A stretch of DNA of 64,000 nt from Laetmonice hystrix (Eukaryota): positions 10,726,001-10,790,000 of the forward strand of contig OZ249445.1 in assembly GCA_965235115.1 (NCBI GenBank), given 5' to 3'. Below, one piece after another: positions 46,901 through 61,555 of the stretch (its first letter is position 1; each line of letters starts with the position of its first letter). The position numbers and the translations under genes were made by a program. The notes beneath the pieces were generated by a model. It was not told the origin of the DNA, did not search any database, and saw nothing but the letters and a program-made list of their open reading frames with translations.

Positions 46901-49900
46901 AAAAGCTTTTTTAAAAGCCTAGCCGTGAAGTACCTCCGTTTCCTTGCATTTCTTCGGATGCTTACCTCAGGAAAATATTACCGGTAATGATCCTGAGGAA
47001 ACGACCTTCGTCGGGTGCAGATAGAAATGTTTCTTTTTTTAGAACGTTTGGGTGGAATAATTCATTTGGCGCTGTGCTTCATGAGTATTGACACTTGAGA
47101 AGTGAAAGGAATTTAAAAGTCTGATGGCATTCTCCTTATGTAATTTGTTAGACGGAGCACCGTGCTTAGGCTGCAGGGGCCTATCCCTGTAAACACAAGA
47201 GTGTTATACGTAAGTACAAGGTGCAAGTCAGACGCTTGATAAAGCCACACCCAGGATGAACTGAGAGGAGTTTACCAAGATAGAATGTGAGGAGTACAGT
47301 CTGCCGCCCAGTTTCTGTCAGCAGGTACGTATCAGGTGCCAACCCATTCATTCGCTCTCCGCGGTGGAATATTTACTGTCTCTGTTGGCAGTCTGTCACT
47401 CTGTCTGAGATGTTTACAATTAATCTGCGCCATATCATGGCTCCAAGGCAAGGAGGCAGCCTCGCGTCCTGTTGGTCAGAAGAAGGATGATCCTTATGGG
47501 AATGAGAGGCCATTAGTTAGACCTACCGAGTGCCTCTATACACTCGCACCAGAACGTTGAGAAGTCATCGTACAACATTTGTCATCACTGTCAGTCTCAC
47601 TCCAAGGACACACAAGGTCCACAGGGACAAAGGTTTAGTATTCGTCGTTGAATTGGTCGGGGACCCCGAGGGTGTGCCATCTTCCTGTCCGATTTCTATG
47701 GCGGTAGCCGGTTAAAGCTTCCTGCTGGGTCATCTGGTGCCAGCCCTATTAGTGGTGCTGGCCTTGAACTGATGGCCCTCACAGCGACTAGACACTGATT
47801 ATTGATGAACACTAGTCAGTGTCACATTACTTACTTTAACTTCGCCTTTGATCGTTTCAACGCAAATAGAAACTTTGTTCACTAGTTCTTTTCCTAGGTG
47901 GATTTGAGAAACATATTTAGGTCTGAATATTGTATCCAAAGGAACAACAATGTCAGAACGAATGTGAAATGCTCTGTTTCTTTGGTTTCATTCAAGTAAT
48001 GTGATTCAGACGTATAGAAAAAAGTAGTTTTTTTTATAGCTTTCCCCCCCTGTAAAACCTATACTTTACGAACTATGCTTCATTCTGTACACATTGTGCT
48101 GCCCAAAGCAGCCTGTTCCAATCAGACGGGCATTGAGGGCCTCTTTCAGAAGGAGCAGGGTGGAAGCAGTTAGATTACAATGTTGTCGAAGTAGATGCAG
48201 TTCATCACGCACAAAGTTCCCAGCCACTGGGAACATGTTTTGGTGACAAGCCTTTGGGTCCGTACAGTCTGAACGCATTCACCCAGGATAATCAGTATGT
48301 ACACGGCATCCATGCGGAGCACAAGGTTGACTGATGGGTAAAAGTGGTGTCAAACGGATCTCACACATTGTCATTTCTGATACATTAAATTGATCTTCAA
48401 TGTGATAGCTGCTGGGGTTTTTTACTTCCCTTAAGGGCGGTACAGCTCGTTTCCTCCTTCGTCAGACAGAGGGTGTGGTAGGCCAATATTCCAACACCCC
48501 GAACATTTTGACAGATACGCCAGCCTTGTGTTGTGTGACAGTCTCGTTTGGAGAGATCTATAGCATTGTTACCATGAAGACTGAGGCCACGGTTAGCGGT
48601 TGGCTCGTAATTTTCTTTGATCACACATTGCTAATCCCGAATCTTTAAACAAATCCTTCAAAGTTACTCTCATTTTATCTAAGGAGAGTATTTCTGGGGT
48701 ATCTACATTTTTCATGGTTGAATAAATAGAGTCTACATTTATAATGTCTGGAGATCTGAAACTGCTGGTCAAAGTCTTCATTCTCCATTTCGTCGTTGGC
48801 GTGGTACATGTATTTCATTGAAGCTAAGAGAAAGTGACATTTAATACTCGGTCCACATTTTCAAGTAGAAATAGCATAATGTTTGATTTGTTCTTAATTG
48901 TTCCTGTGTCTGGTCAATATTTCGATTTTTTATGAATTCTGACAAGGGGTTATAGAACTTTATGTAGAGATGGATAGAGTGCGGAGGTAGATGACGAAAT
49001 GTGCACCGTCAGATTCTTTTAGCCTGGCATCAGTCTCGACATGTGATTTGGTCGAGGATGATGTTCCAGATGATTGGTTCGAGGTAGACAGCGGTGCTGT
49101 CTGACGGACCTCAGTCGGTCATCGTGGGAAGACGACCTCAGGCGTGATGGACAGGTCAATCAATGTGCATTTATTAGGACGGATCGGATGGCGCCATCTC
49201 GGCCTGCATCAGGTGGCGCTGTATAGAGAGGTCAGGTTGGCAGGACTTTGTTAAGGCCCACGTCGGGTCAGGCTGCTGGTCAGGTCGGCCAGATTCTTCT
49301 TACCACTCACCTGATCCACCATCCACAGGTCAAAGGGAAAACATGATAGACTTAGACAACTTGGAATGAAGTTTCAAGGAGTTATCGTCCCTGACTATTT
49401 ACTGGGGCTCTATAGAAGGACAGATGTAGATTCTTTTGGGTATAAAACTTCTAAACAATTAAGCGCCTAATAGCAGAATATCTTAGACATATTACACAAC
49501 CTTGTTTGATTTCTTGTGATTTTAGCATGAACGAATGTATAAATCTAGATCTGCCCATGATGAAATCTAACATTTAAAAAAAAATCACTAGGCCTGCATT
49601 CTAATATTGTTGGTTTCGGTAGCTTGAATGCGTATGCTTCCTACATGTTGTTGAAATCTACGAAAGCAGCATTTAATCTATTAACCGTAATCAGCAAAAT
49701 TACTTGCCTTAATTGGAGCCATTAAAACAGTAGATAATCTTTATGTAAATTGTCTCATGTTGATTAGATACTTTAGTCTGCAATAGGGGACATTATTGGT
49801 TCATTTTTATGCAGACTTTCAAAATGTATTAGGGACTAATAGAATTGCCCCTCTAGTGTAAAGTCGTTTCTGGCAGATGCTGGTATAGAAATGATTTTAT

Positions 49901-52900
49901 TGCCGAGCAGGAGAAGTGCGAATGTCAGCGCATACTTTACACCCTGTCCCCTGAAGTCTGAATGTGACATGTCTGACAGCTGGCTGGCTGTACCTTGACC
50001 ATGGCTACTCGCTAGATTGGGGACCCTCTCTTATAATTAGATCCCACCAAGGGCACAACCATCAAGGCTCAGAAATCTTTGGTAAAAATAGAATCCATCG
50101 CCGTTTTGGCAATGTGATACGATACCGCAAATGTGTCTTCCTATGATGTCGGAGGAGACGATAGGGAAAATCTCCAGCAGATATGTTTCATGTGACGAAG
50201 GACTAAGGCCAGCTTAGACCGTTGACTGTGTAAAATTGGAACACCTCTCCATTCAGTCTTTAAATTCCACAAATTAAAGGGTATGTCAGTATTGCCCCCA
50301 ATGTGTATCTTTTATATGTATAACATGGTGGATAATGATAGAATATTCTTTCTATCTCTTGAAGTAAGGGAATGAGCATGAACAGGGTAATAAGTTACCA
50401 GTGTACGTTTTGAACATAGATTTAACCAGGAGAAAGACGATATGATACTCATTTGATTGATTATCCTACCTCTCGCCATTTTTATAAATCAGTACTTCTA
50501 CGAGAATATCTGCAGTGTTACCTAGAATTTATATGTTCTAATGACATATAAATTAAGACAATAATTTCTGATGTCAGTTTTCTGACCACTGATACTCAGT
50601 AATTGGAGACTGAAAGATTAGGAGGTCTCTCTAATCGGAATTAAGCTTCTATATAAATAGGATCATATTACTAGCCGCACAAAAAATATCACGTTTGAGT
50701 GATTCGACAATGGGATTAGCTATGCGAGATTGAATTTCAGCTGCATTGATTTCTGTAAGATTTCTGATTACATTTCTCTCCTTGAGGCCCAGAAGACTGG
50801 TGGTGTTGCTAAAAGTTGTTACGGATCAGTCACTGCCGTATTTTATGCCAGTCAGTCAAACAACCTTAACAAGTGTAAGACAATATTGATGGTGAACTAA
50901 ATGAACAGGATATACGAATAGAGACTTGGCCGCAAATACACGACACGATTTCTGTACTGAAATAAGGATATATTCACACCCATATGTATACATGTCTAAA
51001 ATTAATGAACTTGTAGGTACTTGCAGCAGAATTGCTAAGAGTTAATCTTGTTTCTTTTTATGTCACACTCCTGCGATTGTAGTCTTCCAACTGTCTGGGA
51101 TTTTATGGGGATTGGGCAGAAACTCTTATTACCAAGAGTGTGTGACCTTCTAAAGAATGCTCTGGGAAAGCCGGTATGCATCGTCACGAGGTCTGTATCA
51201 ATCAAAGCGAGAGAATTCCTTTGCCTTTCAACTGTTGTGGGTATGTCCAGGCGAATTCTTAGGTTGCGTTAAGAAGTAGACTGTTTTGTTAGGCTACATT
51301 AAACAAAAGGAACCAAACTCACGAACCTGAACCTCCCATCCACTTCCATTATTAAGGACAGGACTGACTAAAGACGGTGGTGCCAAATACCCTCCTTGAG
51401 GCAGCTACGTAATGAAGGTAGTTTGGTCAGGAGCTGTCCGTCCGTGTGTCCGTGTGATCGTGTTCCGACCACCTTCAGACACGGCCCGTCTACTGGCCTG
51501 GACACAGACGGTGCCCATTAACGACTCTTCTCTCGACACTAATCAGATATAGAACTGGCCAGCCACTGACATTGGAGGCTGTCATTGGAACTAATCAGCT
51601 GCTTTCATTATCAGATTCAGTATGCTAATCAAAATATCTATTGTAGGATGGATATGCATCTAGAATCTTATAAACGTGACATTTTTTCATGGCTCTGAGG
51701 AGACTGTCCTTATCTAACTAGGCCTAAAGTCTTGGTATTATTGCGAGGGACTAGGTTGGAACCGTTCATATCTGGTCTTCCCTTATGTGTCGGCCTGTCT
51801 AAACAATAGCCATGGTTGAGGCTGGCTGCCAGCATGCCGTTCATAGGCTATACGTGCAGACATCAGTGTCTGATTGGTCTTGTATTACTCGGATACCCTG
51901 CTTCATTACTGTCATTACGGTACACTTCTTTCTACGCAGGACTTGACAGATTATTTATGTCTGACCACTTATTCGATCACTTTGTATTAGGTTCCCATCT
52001 GACAATATTGACAAACAAAACAGACAGCATTGATCAAAGATTCATGTTAACAGCGGATTACAGCCACACCCTCTAATCCCCCTCCCCCCGACGGAGTACA
52101 TGATAAGAACATTACTTCAATTACTTGCCCCTGTGATTTCCACCTCAGTACGTAGAAGGTTCAGTACGCACAATACACTTCTTACTTTGTTCATCATGTG
52201 AATATAATCCTAATGCTGCTAACCTTTGGATACTATTATATGCATTAATTCCAGATGAAGACGGTGTATGGCAGGTTGGCAGGATTAGTGTGATTGACAG
52301 TCACCTCCCCGACTGGTTTATTGGCAATGTAGAGAATGAAAACATCTCTATCCGCATTAGAGAAGGCATGTATCATTATCAAGATACCTGCCAGTGATAT
52401 ATTAGAATGGTATCACTGACTGTATCATAGCCGGCTGCGGATTAATTATCCCTAAATCAGTTTTTACATCCAAACGTGAATTTAATGCTCCGTCTGCGTG
52501 GTGCGTTATGATTAGGCTTGATGAGTCAGTTTTCCCTGTGACGAGAGTATGCATATTATAGGCAAACAAACTGTGAATTCGACGGATATTGAAATAAATG
52601 TAGCATCCTACAAGAGTAAGTGTAAACCTGCCTTGAGTATTTGAAATGGCAACAAACAGCATCAGTCATGGGCTTCTTCTATACATGAGCTTCAATGTAA
52701 GTGAGGTGTCTCCGTCGAATGTAGTTTGCAATTCTGCTAGGAATTTTTATCGAGTTCATATTTATGTAAATGTGTCAACCTGTACATGGTGCACATTCTA
52801 CAGTGAACATTTAGATGTTGCACTAGCATTTTCGTTCAGAAATGTATAGTGCAATCTGTGTATAGACATCTTGTATTTGCCAGAACTTTGTGAGACAGCT

Positions 52901-55900
52901 GTCCGAGCTTTTCAGTATTCCCTGCTTGCTACAGGCTGTATAATTACGACTTTCGACCCTTGTAATCTAAGATCTCGTGAGGTTAAAGTCAAGGCTAGCG
53001 ATGATCGGACCTTTAATTTACAACAGTGGATGCGTTGATGTGCTACTACCGGTCGTGACCTTGTGGACACAAATAGTGGACACACCTTGACGGAGGACCG
53101 GGAGAAACCCCTAGTTTTACAAGGGACTGAGGGAAAATTATGTGGGTCCACTACCAGTGTGCAACCACACATTTAATGTGGCCATTAATCACAGAGAACC
53201 AGCGTTATTCTGCTTCACCGATTCCATGATGTGAACGAACAGACGTGTTGTCATGTCGAAAAGGAGTTTGTAATCAGGCAAATGTCCTTGGTAACTTTGT
53301 CATTTTGTGAAATTTTATACAGGGTGGGCTGTTCCTTGCAATAAATTGCTATCACCACAGTGCCCATTCTGTGTGCAGCTGAAACCAGGGTTGCTTACAC
53401 CCCAGTAACATCCGACAAAGTATTGTGCCATGGTAGAACAACAATATTTGCCATCTCCATCGGTTGAAAGATCAGAGATCTCGATTAGCCTCAGGGTTGT
53501 CATGTCCCACGCCTTACTTTAGGCCGTTCCTGCCAAACCGCAGCAGGATTGACAGTTAAAAATGCCTGTCATTGAGGCTGACACCCTAAGAATCGCTCTG
53601 TAATGACAGGATTCATAAACTTTCATTAGGCTGGCAGTGATGAAGTAATGTTTTTCTGGTAGCACGAGTCATGTTTTCGCCTGACTTGGTGTGCTCTCCA
53701 GGGTGGCGACGGGTGTGCTGCTTGTGCTTGCAAACCTCAATGGACCGGCTTCCAGGCAATCCTTCAGTCAGCTTCTGTATTAAGCAAACGTGAAGGCAAA
53801 GAGAAAGAAGACAAAGTAGATAAGGTCTTGACCTGCAAGACAGATGTTTCTACCCTCACATTGCATTCTGTTTGACATTATGACATCTATTGTACAATAT
53901 GGTATCCTTTAAACCCGAGGACCCGCGAATCACCATGCACCTGCAATTTACAGCTCAGTCGTTTCCAGTTTCACTAAATTCAGTATTTTTGTCATGTAAT
54001 ATTGCACGGGCGTTGTTCTAAAAAATTTTAATGTGCAGTAGTAGAAGGGGTTAGGTTGTTGTAAAACAAAGCACAGGCTCTCGTTTCTGTCGGCAGTGAG
54101 TCTAATAGCGCTATTGAAATGTATTGTGACATGCAGTTGAATAACGTCCAGTTATTTGACCACTGTAGTGACTGTGCCTGACAGAAAGACAGAATTACAA
54201 CAGCTTTATTTGCTTTGTCCCCAAGTGGATATTACACATTGTTAGTTCCCAGTTCCATAAAGAAATGCTGTACAAGTTGCTAACAGTCGTCAGGGCGTGG
54301 ATAAATTTATACCTTCCATTGAAATGTGTGGTGCGTCAGCTTGACTTTGCAAATACTCCGCAGAAACCGGCTTCTGTGGCCTCCTGCCAAGGGAAGTTTC
54401 TACTTACATACCTGCTTTGATTGATGTATCGGTTGTTTAGGGACAGCTGGGTTCATTTCCGCCTATGAACTGTGATTAATTACTCGGGGTAGTTGGATAC
54501 GCAGCTGGCAGTGCCCACTCGTACATTCATATACTCGGACACCGCTGTCTCTGGTTTACCTTCCGCTTCTGTTTTGCCCAACTTCAAAATTCACGTCAAA
54601 GTAATAATATCAGAAATGACGTTTTGATGTGTGTACTTGAAGGTGCCAGTAACTTGAGTGGGTGGTAGTGTTTTCATACAGCTGGAAGCAGGCATTGCGG
54701 CATCGGTGGGTGGAGAGGTCTGGAATATTCCGTAAGGGTCCGTGTAAGCCATAAGATCAGATATGTTTTCAAACTAGGGTGATAAAATTGCTGCCTATGC
54801 GTTCTATGGTCATTTTTGTAACATACAAAATTTAGGAGAATAATGCCAATGATCCGGACCAAGGTAGGCCTACGGAAAATAGGCATAAAGGATTCTTGCT
54901 TTTTTCTTGCTCTCAAAGATAAAAGTAGACCCATAGATAACTGGATTATATTTTATTTCTTGATATTGAAAAAAGGCAGGGCTGCTTCTTTCCATACGAT
55001 TTGGCTACATGGAGTCATGTTTATCAAGCCGAGAAGACTACCTCCTCCCCCGTCTCAGATAAGTAGAGAGTCCTCGGCTCAGTTGGCCTGCTGGGATGGT
55101 TTTATACTGGCGATGCGCCTTAGGCTGCCTGCCATGAGCATGGCTTACTAGAGAACATGTCCCATCGCGGAATGTGACCCTAATTGTCACCAAATGATCC
55201 TGACATTCTAGCCGCCGAGTGGATCACTTGGGTCCATCATTACAGTACAGAGGGCACAGTGGACCGGAGCAGCTGCCTCTTAAAGTCCCTTATTAATACC
55301 TACCCACGGGGTTGGAGGAGCACGAAGGCAGGCAGTCAGAGTGAAACCCCACCACCCGGTGCCGATAGCAGGCCGTGGGGCACGGCAGCGCATTGAAAGC
55401 TCGGTTGTGGCGGTCACAGTTAGAGACTATGTCTCCTCGTGACAAATGATGATGGCCACCTGATGTTGAGATAGGTCGCCACCCTTACTTCCGCTTCTCG
55501 ATCTCATCTTATTCCGGGGCAAAGCAGAATTGTCTTTAAGAACACATGTCGGCCGTCATGTATGATAAATCTATGATGATGTACAGCGACCACAGCCGTG
55601 TGAGAGAGGGTTGGGTGATGACGGAACAAGAAGGACCTCCCCGTCACATTCTATCTCCTTTAGGGCATAGAAGTTCACGTACATGATTCCCAACGACAGT
55701 TGTCAGAGTCATGATGTTCCAAGACTGATGTCTGAAAAACGGTGCCTTGAAATTCTATCCCGGATACGAAAGTGCTGCGGGGGAAACGCACCCAGTAGTG
55801 CTTTACTCTCACAAAGAGCCTGCCGCCCTCCATGTAATTAATCTCCTTAGCTTCCGTACCTGTCTAGAGGGGATACATTGATACACCGATAAGTTTATTA

Positions 55901-57071
55901 AACAGTGGGAGGGACGAGGCAAGTGGTTTCAATTGAGGCAGCCCGATACTGTAAGGTATTGCCACGAAGAAAAAGTGGTTGGTATGCCGGTGAATGAGGC
56001 GGTCTGCATTATTCAATGGTCCCTCCCTCAGCCTCATCATTCAGCGGCCTCTTGGTGTCTGGTGCAGGTTGGCAGGTGATTGCAAGATGTAAACTTCTCG
56101 CTCAGAGCTGTAACTACTGGTACAAATCAGGCTGGATTGGTGTAGTAACGGCTGATATAGAGGTCACAAGCCTGGGCGTCAAGGCGAACCGAACCGAGTG
56201 GCACCCAAGGACAGAGGGTGGACGGTAGATGTTCACACGACATGCGCCTTTTGTTCGCCTGCAAATACTACAGTCTATTCTATTTTGTAAGTCCCCGTCA
56301 ATAGGGCTTATCGCACCAGGAATAAATAAGGTGTCAGAATGGGACTTCCATGGTAACTATAACATGAGAAAAGCAACATTTTCAAAGGAAGTATAACTGC
56401 AGAAAGTTTTCGGAGTGGGCAGCTTATCTCGGCATGGAGATAACCCGGGTAGGTTCTGGCGTCTTCTGAATAGTTGACACTAAGTCTGGAATGGAAGGAT
56501 AAATGATGCTAATATAGATTGTTATAATATTCAACATGTCATTCTCTGAATAGTTGGTGTTGAGAGGCATGGAAAAACAGTAATTGAAAGAGCTTATTAT
56601 TTTGCATGTCTCATTTTTTTCACACTGAGTGCATGCAAAGTATATAGGGGAATACAAAAAATGTAGATAGGTATAAAAGAGTGTAAGCATTTTAGAGACA
56701 CACTTAATTTAACGAGGGCTGAAATGCAGTGCAAAAAGCTGTAGAGAAACCTATATATACTCAGGAAGCTGGATGATGAAGTAGCCGGAATGGCCTGAAT
56801 CAGTTCCATAGCGTTTGAAAGAGCAAAAATATTTTAAACACTTTATATGTAAAGCAGGGGCTATATTGGAGACGGTCGATCAAATCATAACATACGCTAA
56901 ACTGTGTAGCGTGTATTCCGGATTGGATTACTGGTTAAATCAAGATGTTGCATGGTGAGCCGCATGCCTTAATACGGGAGACTACAGTGTGGTAGTTGTA
57001 GAAAGCTAAATGTGATGTGTGAACTCAAGGGATAGGGCGGCACCCATACCGTATTTAGGCCTATAAGTGAG

Positions 57072-57310
57072 CATGCGCCTATATACCCGGATACAGGCGC
57101 ATGTCTGAGTGTCGGTGGCAGTATTGCACTCTACCATTAGGGGTGTGCATACATGTGCGCCTATATGTGAATATTGGGGTGCGCCCATATGTGAATGTTG
57201 GGGGGTATGCTTATACCCGGATATAGGCGCATGTGCCTATATATCTGACGATTTTTTATTTTGAAATTTCCTCAAAAAGAAAAATCCACTGATAGGCGCA
57301 CGCGCCTAAA
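57072..57310. repeat. Cluster of short palindromic/tandem repeats (gcgcctata...ataggcgc)
   Basis: Hairpin at 57072-57103, partial copy at 57212-57233, about 24-bp tandem duplication at 57157-57206. Confidence 0.7.
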
Positions 57311-58308
57311 GTGCCTCAATACGGTGGTGGCATGCCTGGCACCAATTAATCACGCTAACATAGCATTTACTAAACCCCGTTTGTGTGTGTGCAGCTCATT
57401 CAGGAGAGACCCCCATAATGTGGGTCAGAGGGCAGGGTATGGGCCTCAGAATTAGAGGATCTCCCGGGTACAGCCCTACCCCCAAATATGCTGTAATCAC
57501 AGACACATTGCATGCCTCAATGACTGACTGGCTCTTTGGAACGTGGACTTGTTGGTCGTTCTCGAGATGCGATGGGAGCGTTATGGACTTGACTTGTCGG
57601 AGAAGTGTCTGAAAGCATATGCCATTTGCATTGTTATGCAGATGTCCACGGGGCGTGCAGTAGGTGCTGCCAGTCTGTGAGAACGTCGGCGAAAGCATAG
57701 CCATCACCATATTCTAAGCATGGCCTTGCGGCAGAATTATACCATCCACTTTTTTTATCACCTTGAGAATATGTCTGGTGTAAGATAGAGACACTGCAGA
57801 CAATGAGAAAAGCCATAATGCTTTCAATATTCAAGGAGTTCCCATGGCATTGTGCTTTTTGCCTGTGGGCTAGGAATGTTAGGATGTTTGTTACCTCGCT
57901 TGGCGTTTTTTTATTGAGGAAGAACCAACTTCTTAGTTGCATATATCATTCATGAGATCTTGTAATATTCTAAAAGCTGTCCACATAAAACTTTAGGTGT
58001 TTACATTAGTAGTGATTGTCATCCAAACCAATCAAATGTGAAATCCAATGCAGACTAAAACACAAAAACAAAATAAAAAGTGCTTTGGTTTTTTGTTTTC
58101 CTTATCAGCTGGTTGGTGAATTGATCAACACATGTGAGAGAGCATTACTTGTTTAGATCTGTGGAAAACATTTCGCTGTTATGTTTAACACTCGAGAATG
58201 ATGTGCATCATATTCTAGAGTTGTCTAGGTATTATAAATGTGTTGTCAAGTAGTGGGACGTCTATAACAATACCAGATCTAGTTCAGATTGGTTTTCTAT
58301 TGTTGTAG

Positions 58309-58379
58309 GTGTCATCCATGACATTGGATTTACGATTACGGCGCATACTTCCTGTCATATGTCGGTACATTCATAATTT
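58309..58379 (+). other. Candidate exon, possibly the first coding exon (MTLDLRLRRILPVICRYIHN...)
   Basis: ttttctattgttgtag| acceptor, |gtaagt donor, ATG at 58318 open to the donor. Confidence 0.25.
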
Positions 58380-61312
58380 GTAAGTAAAATGTTTCACTTT
58401 TCTAATTTAAACTTATATTTGACTGATCGTTTAAAAATTGGTTTGTTGAAGGAAATCTAAACAGAGGGTTTATTAAGTGAGTCAGGTGTTTCTCACAGGA
58501 TGCTTTTTGTCCCCAAACGTTTGGTGTACTATAATGATTCATAAAATCGATAATATGCAACATGATTCACTGCGTTTATACTGTTTAAGTTGTTTTGATG
58601 TATAGAAAAATGCAAGGAAGGCAATTTCTCCTATATTTGTTTTTACGTGTACTTCATGGTAATCAGTGCAGTTTTCTTACAGCGACATAATGAACATGTT
58701 ATGTGAGATTTGAGTCCCTGGCCATAATTGAAGGAAAGCCGTTTGATCCTCTACAAGGCTGTATCTGATTGGTTCCTAAACAGAATAGGACATAGCAAGT
58801 CAATGCCCATCTTTTAGCCAATCTAGTCTCCTGCATGAAGATCCTCCAGAGATTTGTGTACCATTATAGGCATGATCATGAACATTGCAGACAGTATCGT
58901 TTGAAGCTGTAGTCCGCAATATTATATAGGGATAGGGTGGAGATCAAATCTCACTGCTTAAGGCATGCTGACCCGCAAGGTCCCTTTTCGGTGCCAACTT
59001 ATAAAGCTCAATTTTGGTCATAGCGGTTGGTCTGACACAAGTAAATTCTATCTTCTTTCAGTGGCTTTCCTATGCCAAATGTCGATCATTCGATCCAAGT
59101 TGCAGTTGTAACAGAAAATCACCAGTGACCCATGCAACGTTTGTTAAGAAAAAGGGTGACTGGCATGTTAGATCTTGCAGAGCAAAATTCTTGCATGACC
59201 AGAGGATACGAACCAGATAACTAATTTAAAATTCTGTATCATCTAGTGGAATTAGGCTAGTTTTCCAATACCTTCCTAGAGAGTTCTTTCCAAGTGTAAG
59301 TGCCGACGATACAATTTAACTAGGCTAATAGATGTTTCGCATATTAATTATTTATTCACCTTTGCCGCTGTCAGGTACATGTGTTCGATAATTAGACATG
59401 TGGTACACTGAAGTCGATGGCTATGCAGGTTTATAATTATAATGCTACGGCTTAAACCATGTCGCTATTACAGAAATGACAGATCTGTTTGGGAATTTGC
59501 ATCTTACATTGTGCACGTAGAAGGATAGAAGATGGCAGAAGATATGTATAAGTTTTTTTAACAGAATCTATAGAAACACTTTGGACCTTAATAAATATTA
59601 CGGCTTAATACGGCTGAGAAGTCCTCGGATGGTATTCAGAATGTCATATATACTCATATATACTCATATATACATATGTGTTTATTTCTAAGAGTAGATG
59701 TCCTTTAAGCAAGAGTAGTAGTCATGGCGTAGTTAAAGATGTTCAGAGGGTGGTTTGGGGATGTTTGCCGGGCAGGTCACCAACGGGCGATCAATGACGG
59801 CCGAGGGTGGGGCGGGGCGGGGCGGGGGGCTCCAGGCTGACAGACATGCTATTGTGTCACTCTTCATTATGATGTATCTGACGGGGCTGAAAACTTTTAA
59901 GTTGGTCAGCGTTGGCTCCCACTCACTCAGTTCACCAAATGGCAAGCCCGATTTAGTCAATGCTGTAAACCTCGTTTAAGCTAACTGCTAACATGATTGT
60001 AGCTTAGCGAAAAACTGAGAAAACTCATTTTCGCGCAAGGGCCTTTGATTTGAGCTTGATTGAGGTGGTTAAGAGCTGACGTGGCGTTGCCAGCGTGCAG
60101 AGATTGGCTACCTTGTCAGGCGTGATTTGAATATCGTCATCCCTCATTGACCAAATCATGCCACTTGTAGGCAAGTCACCAGTTTCCAGCCGGTCAATCG
60201 TTGTCCACTTTACATGCGGTGAGTAACCAAAGTCTTCCTTACCAGAGTCATCGCACATATCGCACACTGTTTCTTTGATTATCAACCAATTATTTGTAAT
60301 CCGTTTTAGCAAGGGTAGATATGTAAAACTGTATAGGCAGTCGGAACAAATGAAGAGAGATAATTGGTAAGATTCTGGTTTTCTCAAGCTCAGGGAATAT
60401 ATCAGTCCAAAAACCTGCTAAAGCATGATGGTTACGACCGAGGCGGTGACTGTTTTTTAAATATAATTTTATATATTTGTATATTTTATGAGAGTATTTG
60501 TTGGTTGATGGTTATGTTCTTAACGTTCTTTACGCCCCTTTAAGGAGAGACCAAACCATGTTTGGCTCAGATGCACGTCTCAGGTGGTACGAGCTTAGAG
60601 AGATGATCAGAGGGAGACGTCAGTGATACCACCGGATAATCCTAGTGCTGAGTGTCCTGTTCCCCGTAGATACTCGGGGAATAATCTTATATTATGTGCT
60701 GATACTGTATATTCCACACATCGGATGTTTGGCTGGCTGATCTTAGCTCAACAGATCGGCTTATCCAAGATCTCTCGAAATAGGTGTAGAATAGAGGTCA
60801 TGTCTGTACTGTCGATGTCCACAAATGTGAAGTGTCTTTTCCACCTGGGCAAAATCAGTGTACACCACTCTCAACTAGTCGTCTGGTATGTGTAAGGACA
60901 GAGGTCGAGGAGTGAGTTTTTATTAGGTATTAAGGTTGGGTTCCCAGTGTTTATCGAGTTGCCAGGGTTTCCATACTTTTATAACTTCTTTATAGAGAGT
61001 CGAGAGTACCAGTAATCGAGGTGATTAATCAATAAATCTCTTCACGACTCTTAAGGTCCTAGATAAGGTAAAGGTCGGTAGAAGTAATTATGTGGAGGTA
61101 TTATACATTTTGTACCATTATGAAGGTACAGTCCGGTCTTCCGTCCCTTCTGATCTGGACTCAATTTGAGTTCCTTACATGTCGTTTTAAGGTATAGCTA
61201 TAGTGGTGGTACAAACATATAGATATAACAGTAAACATAATAAAAAAACATATACAGAGTTTTAGTTTTACCTAGAGTCGAGAGACAGGGTGAGATATAT
61301 AGTAAACCGAAT

Positions 61313-61555
61313 ATTGGGGAACTAGGCCTTGACAATGGATTCCATAATTTTGACCTGGTTATTCTTTCATTCCCTGGTAACTTGCATTGAAGCACTAAGT
61401 TTTTTGGCATCAGGTGGAGTTTGGCTACGCTAAATTTCATTTGCCTTATCGTTGTCCTGGCATATCTTGGCCTTAGCCCATTGGTCGGCATGTTCTGCTG
61501 ACTTGTGGACTTTTCCATCGTATTAGACTGGGCCTATATAGAAATTGCTAAGGAA
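61313..61555 (-). pseudogene. NADAR (YbiA/DUF1768-like) domain pseudogene
   Basis: Frame reads FLSNFYIGPV*YDGKVHKSAEHADQWAKAKICQDNDKANEI*RSQTPPDAKKLSASMQVTRE*KNNQVKIMESIVKA*FPN. This matches the NADAR pattern LSNFY..P...DG..Y.SAEH..Q..KA....D......I....TP..AK.L........W......M..I..AKF. Four in-frame stops. Confidence 0.8.

Noticed and set aside
48102-48122. IGTGCFG resembling a kinase glycine-rich loop (minus strand)
   Set aside because: No VAIK, HRD or DFG motifs follow; the ORF stops shortly afterwards
53080-53170. SGH...REK...YKGLRENYVG..P.C resembling an integrase HHCC finger
   Set aside because: It needs frameshifts and no DDE core was found downstream
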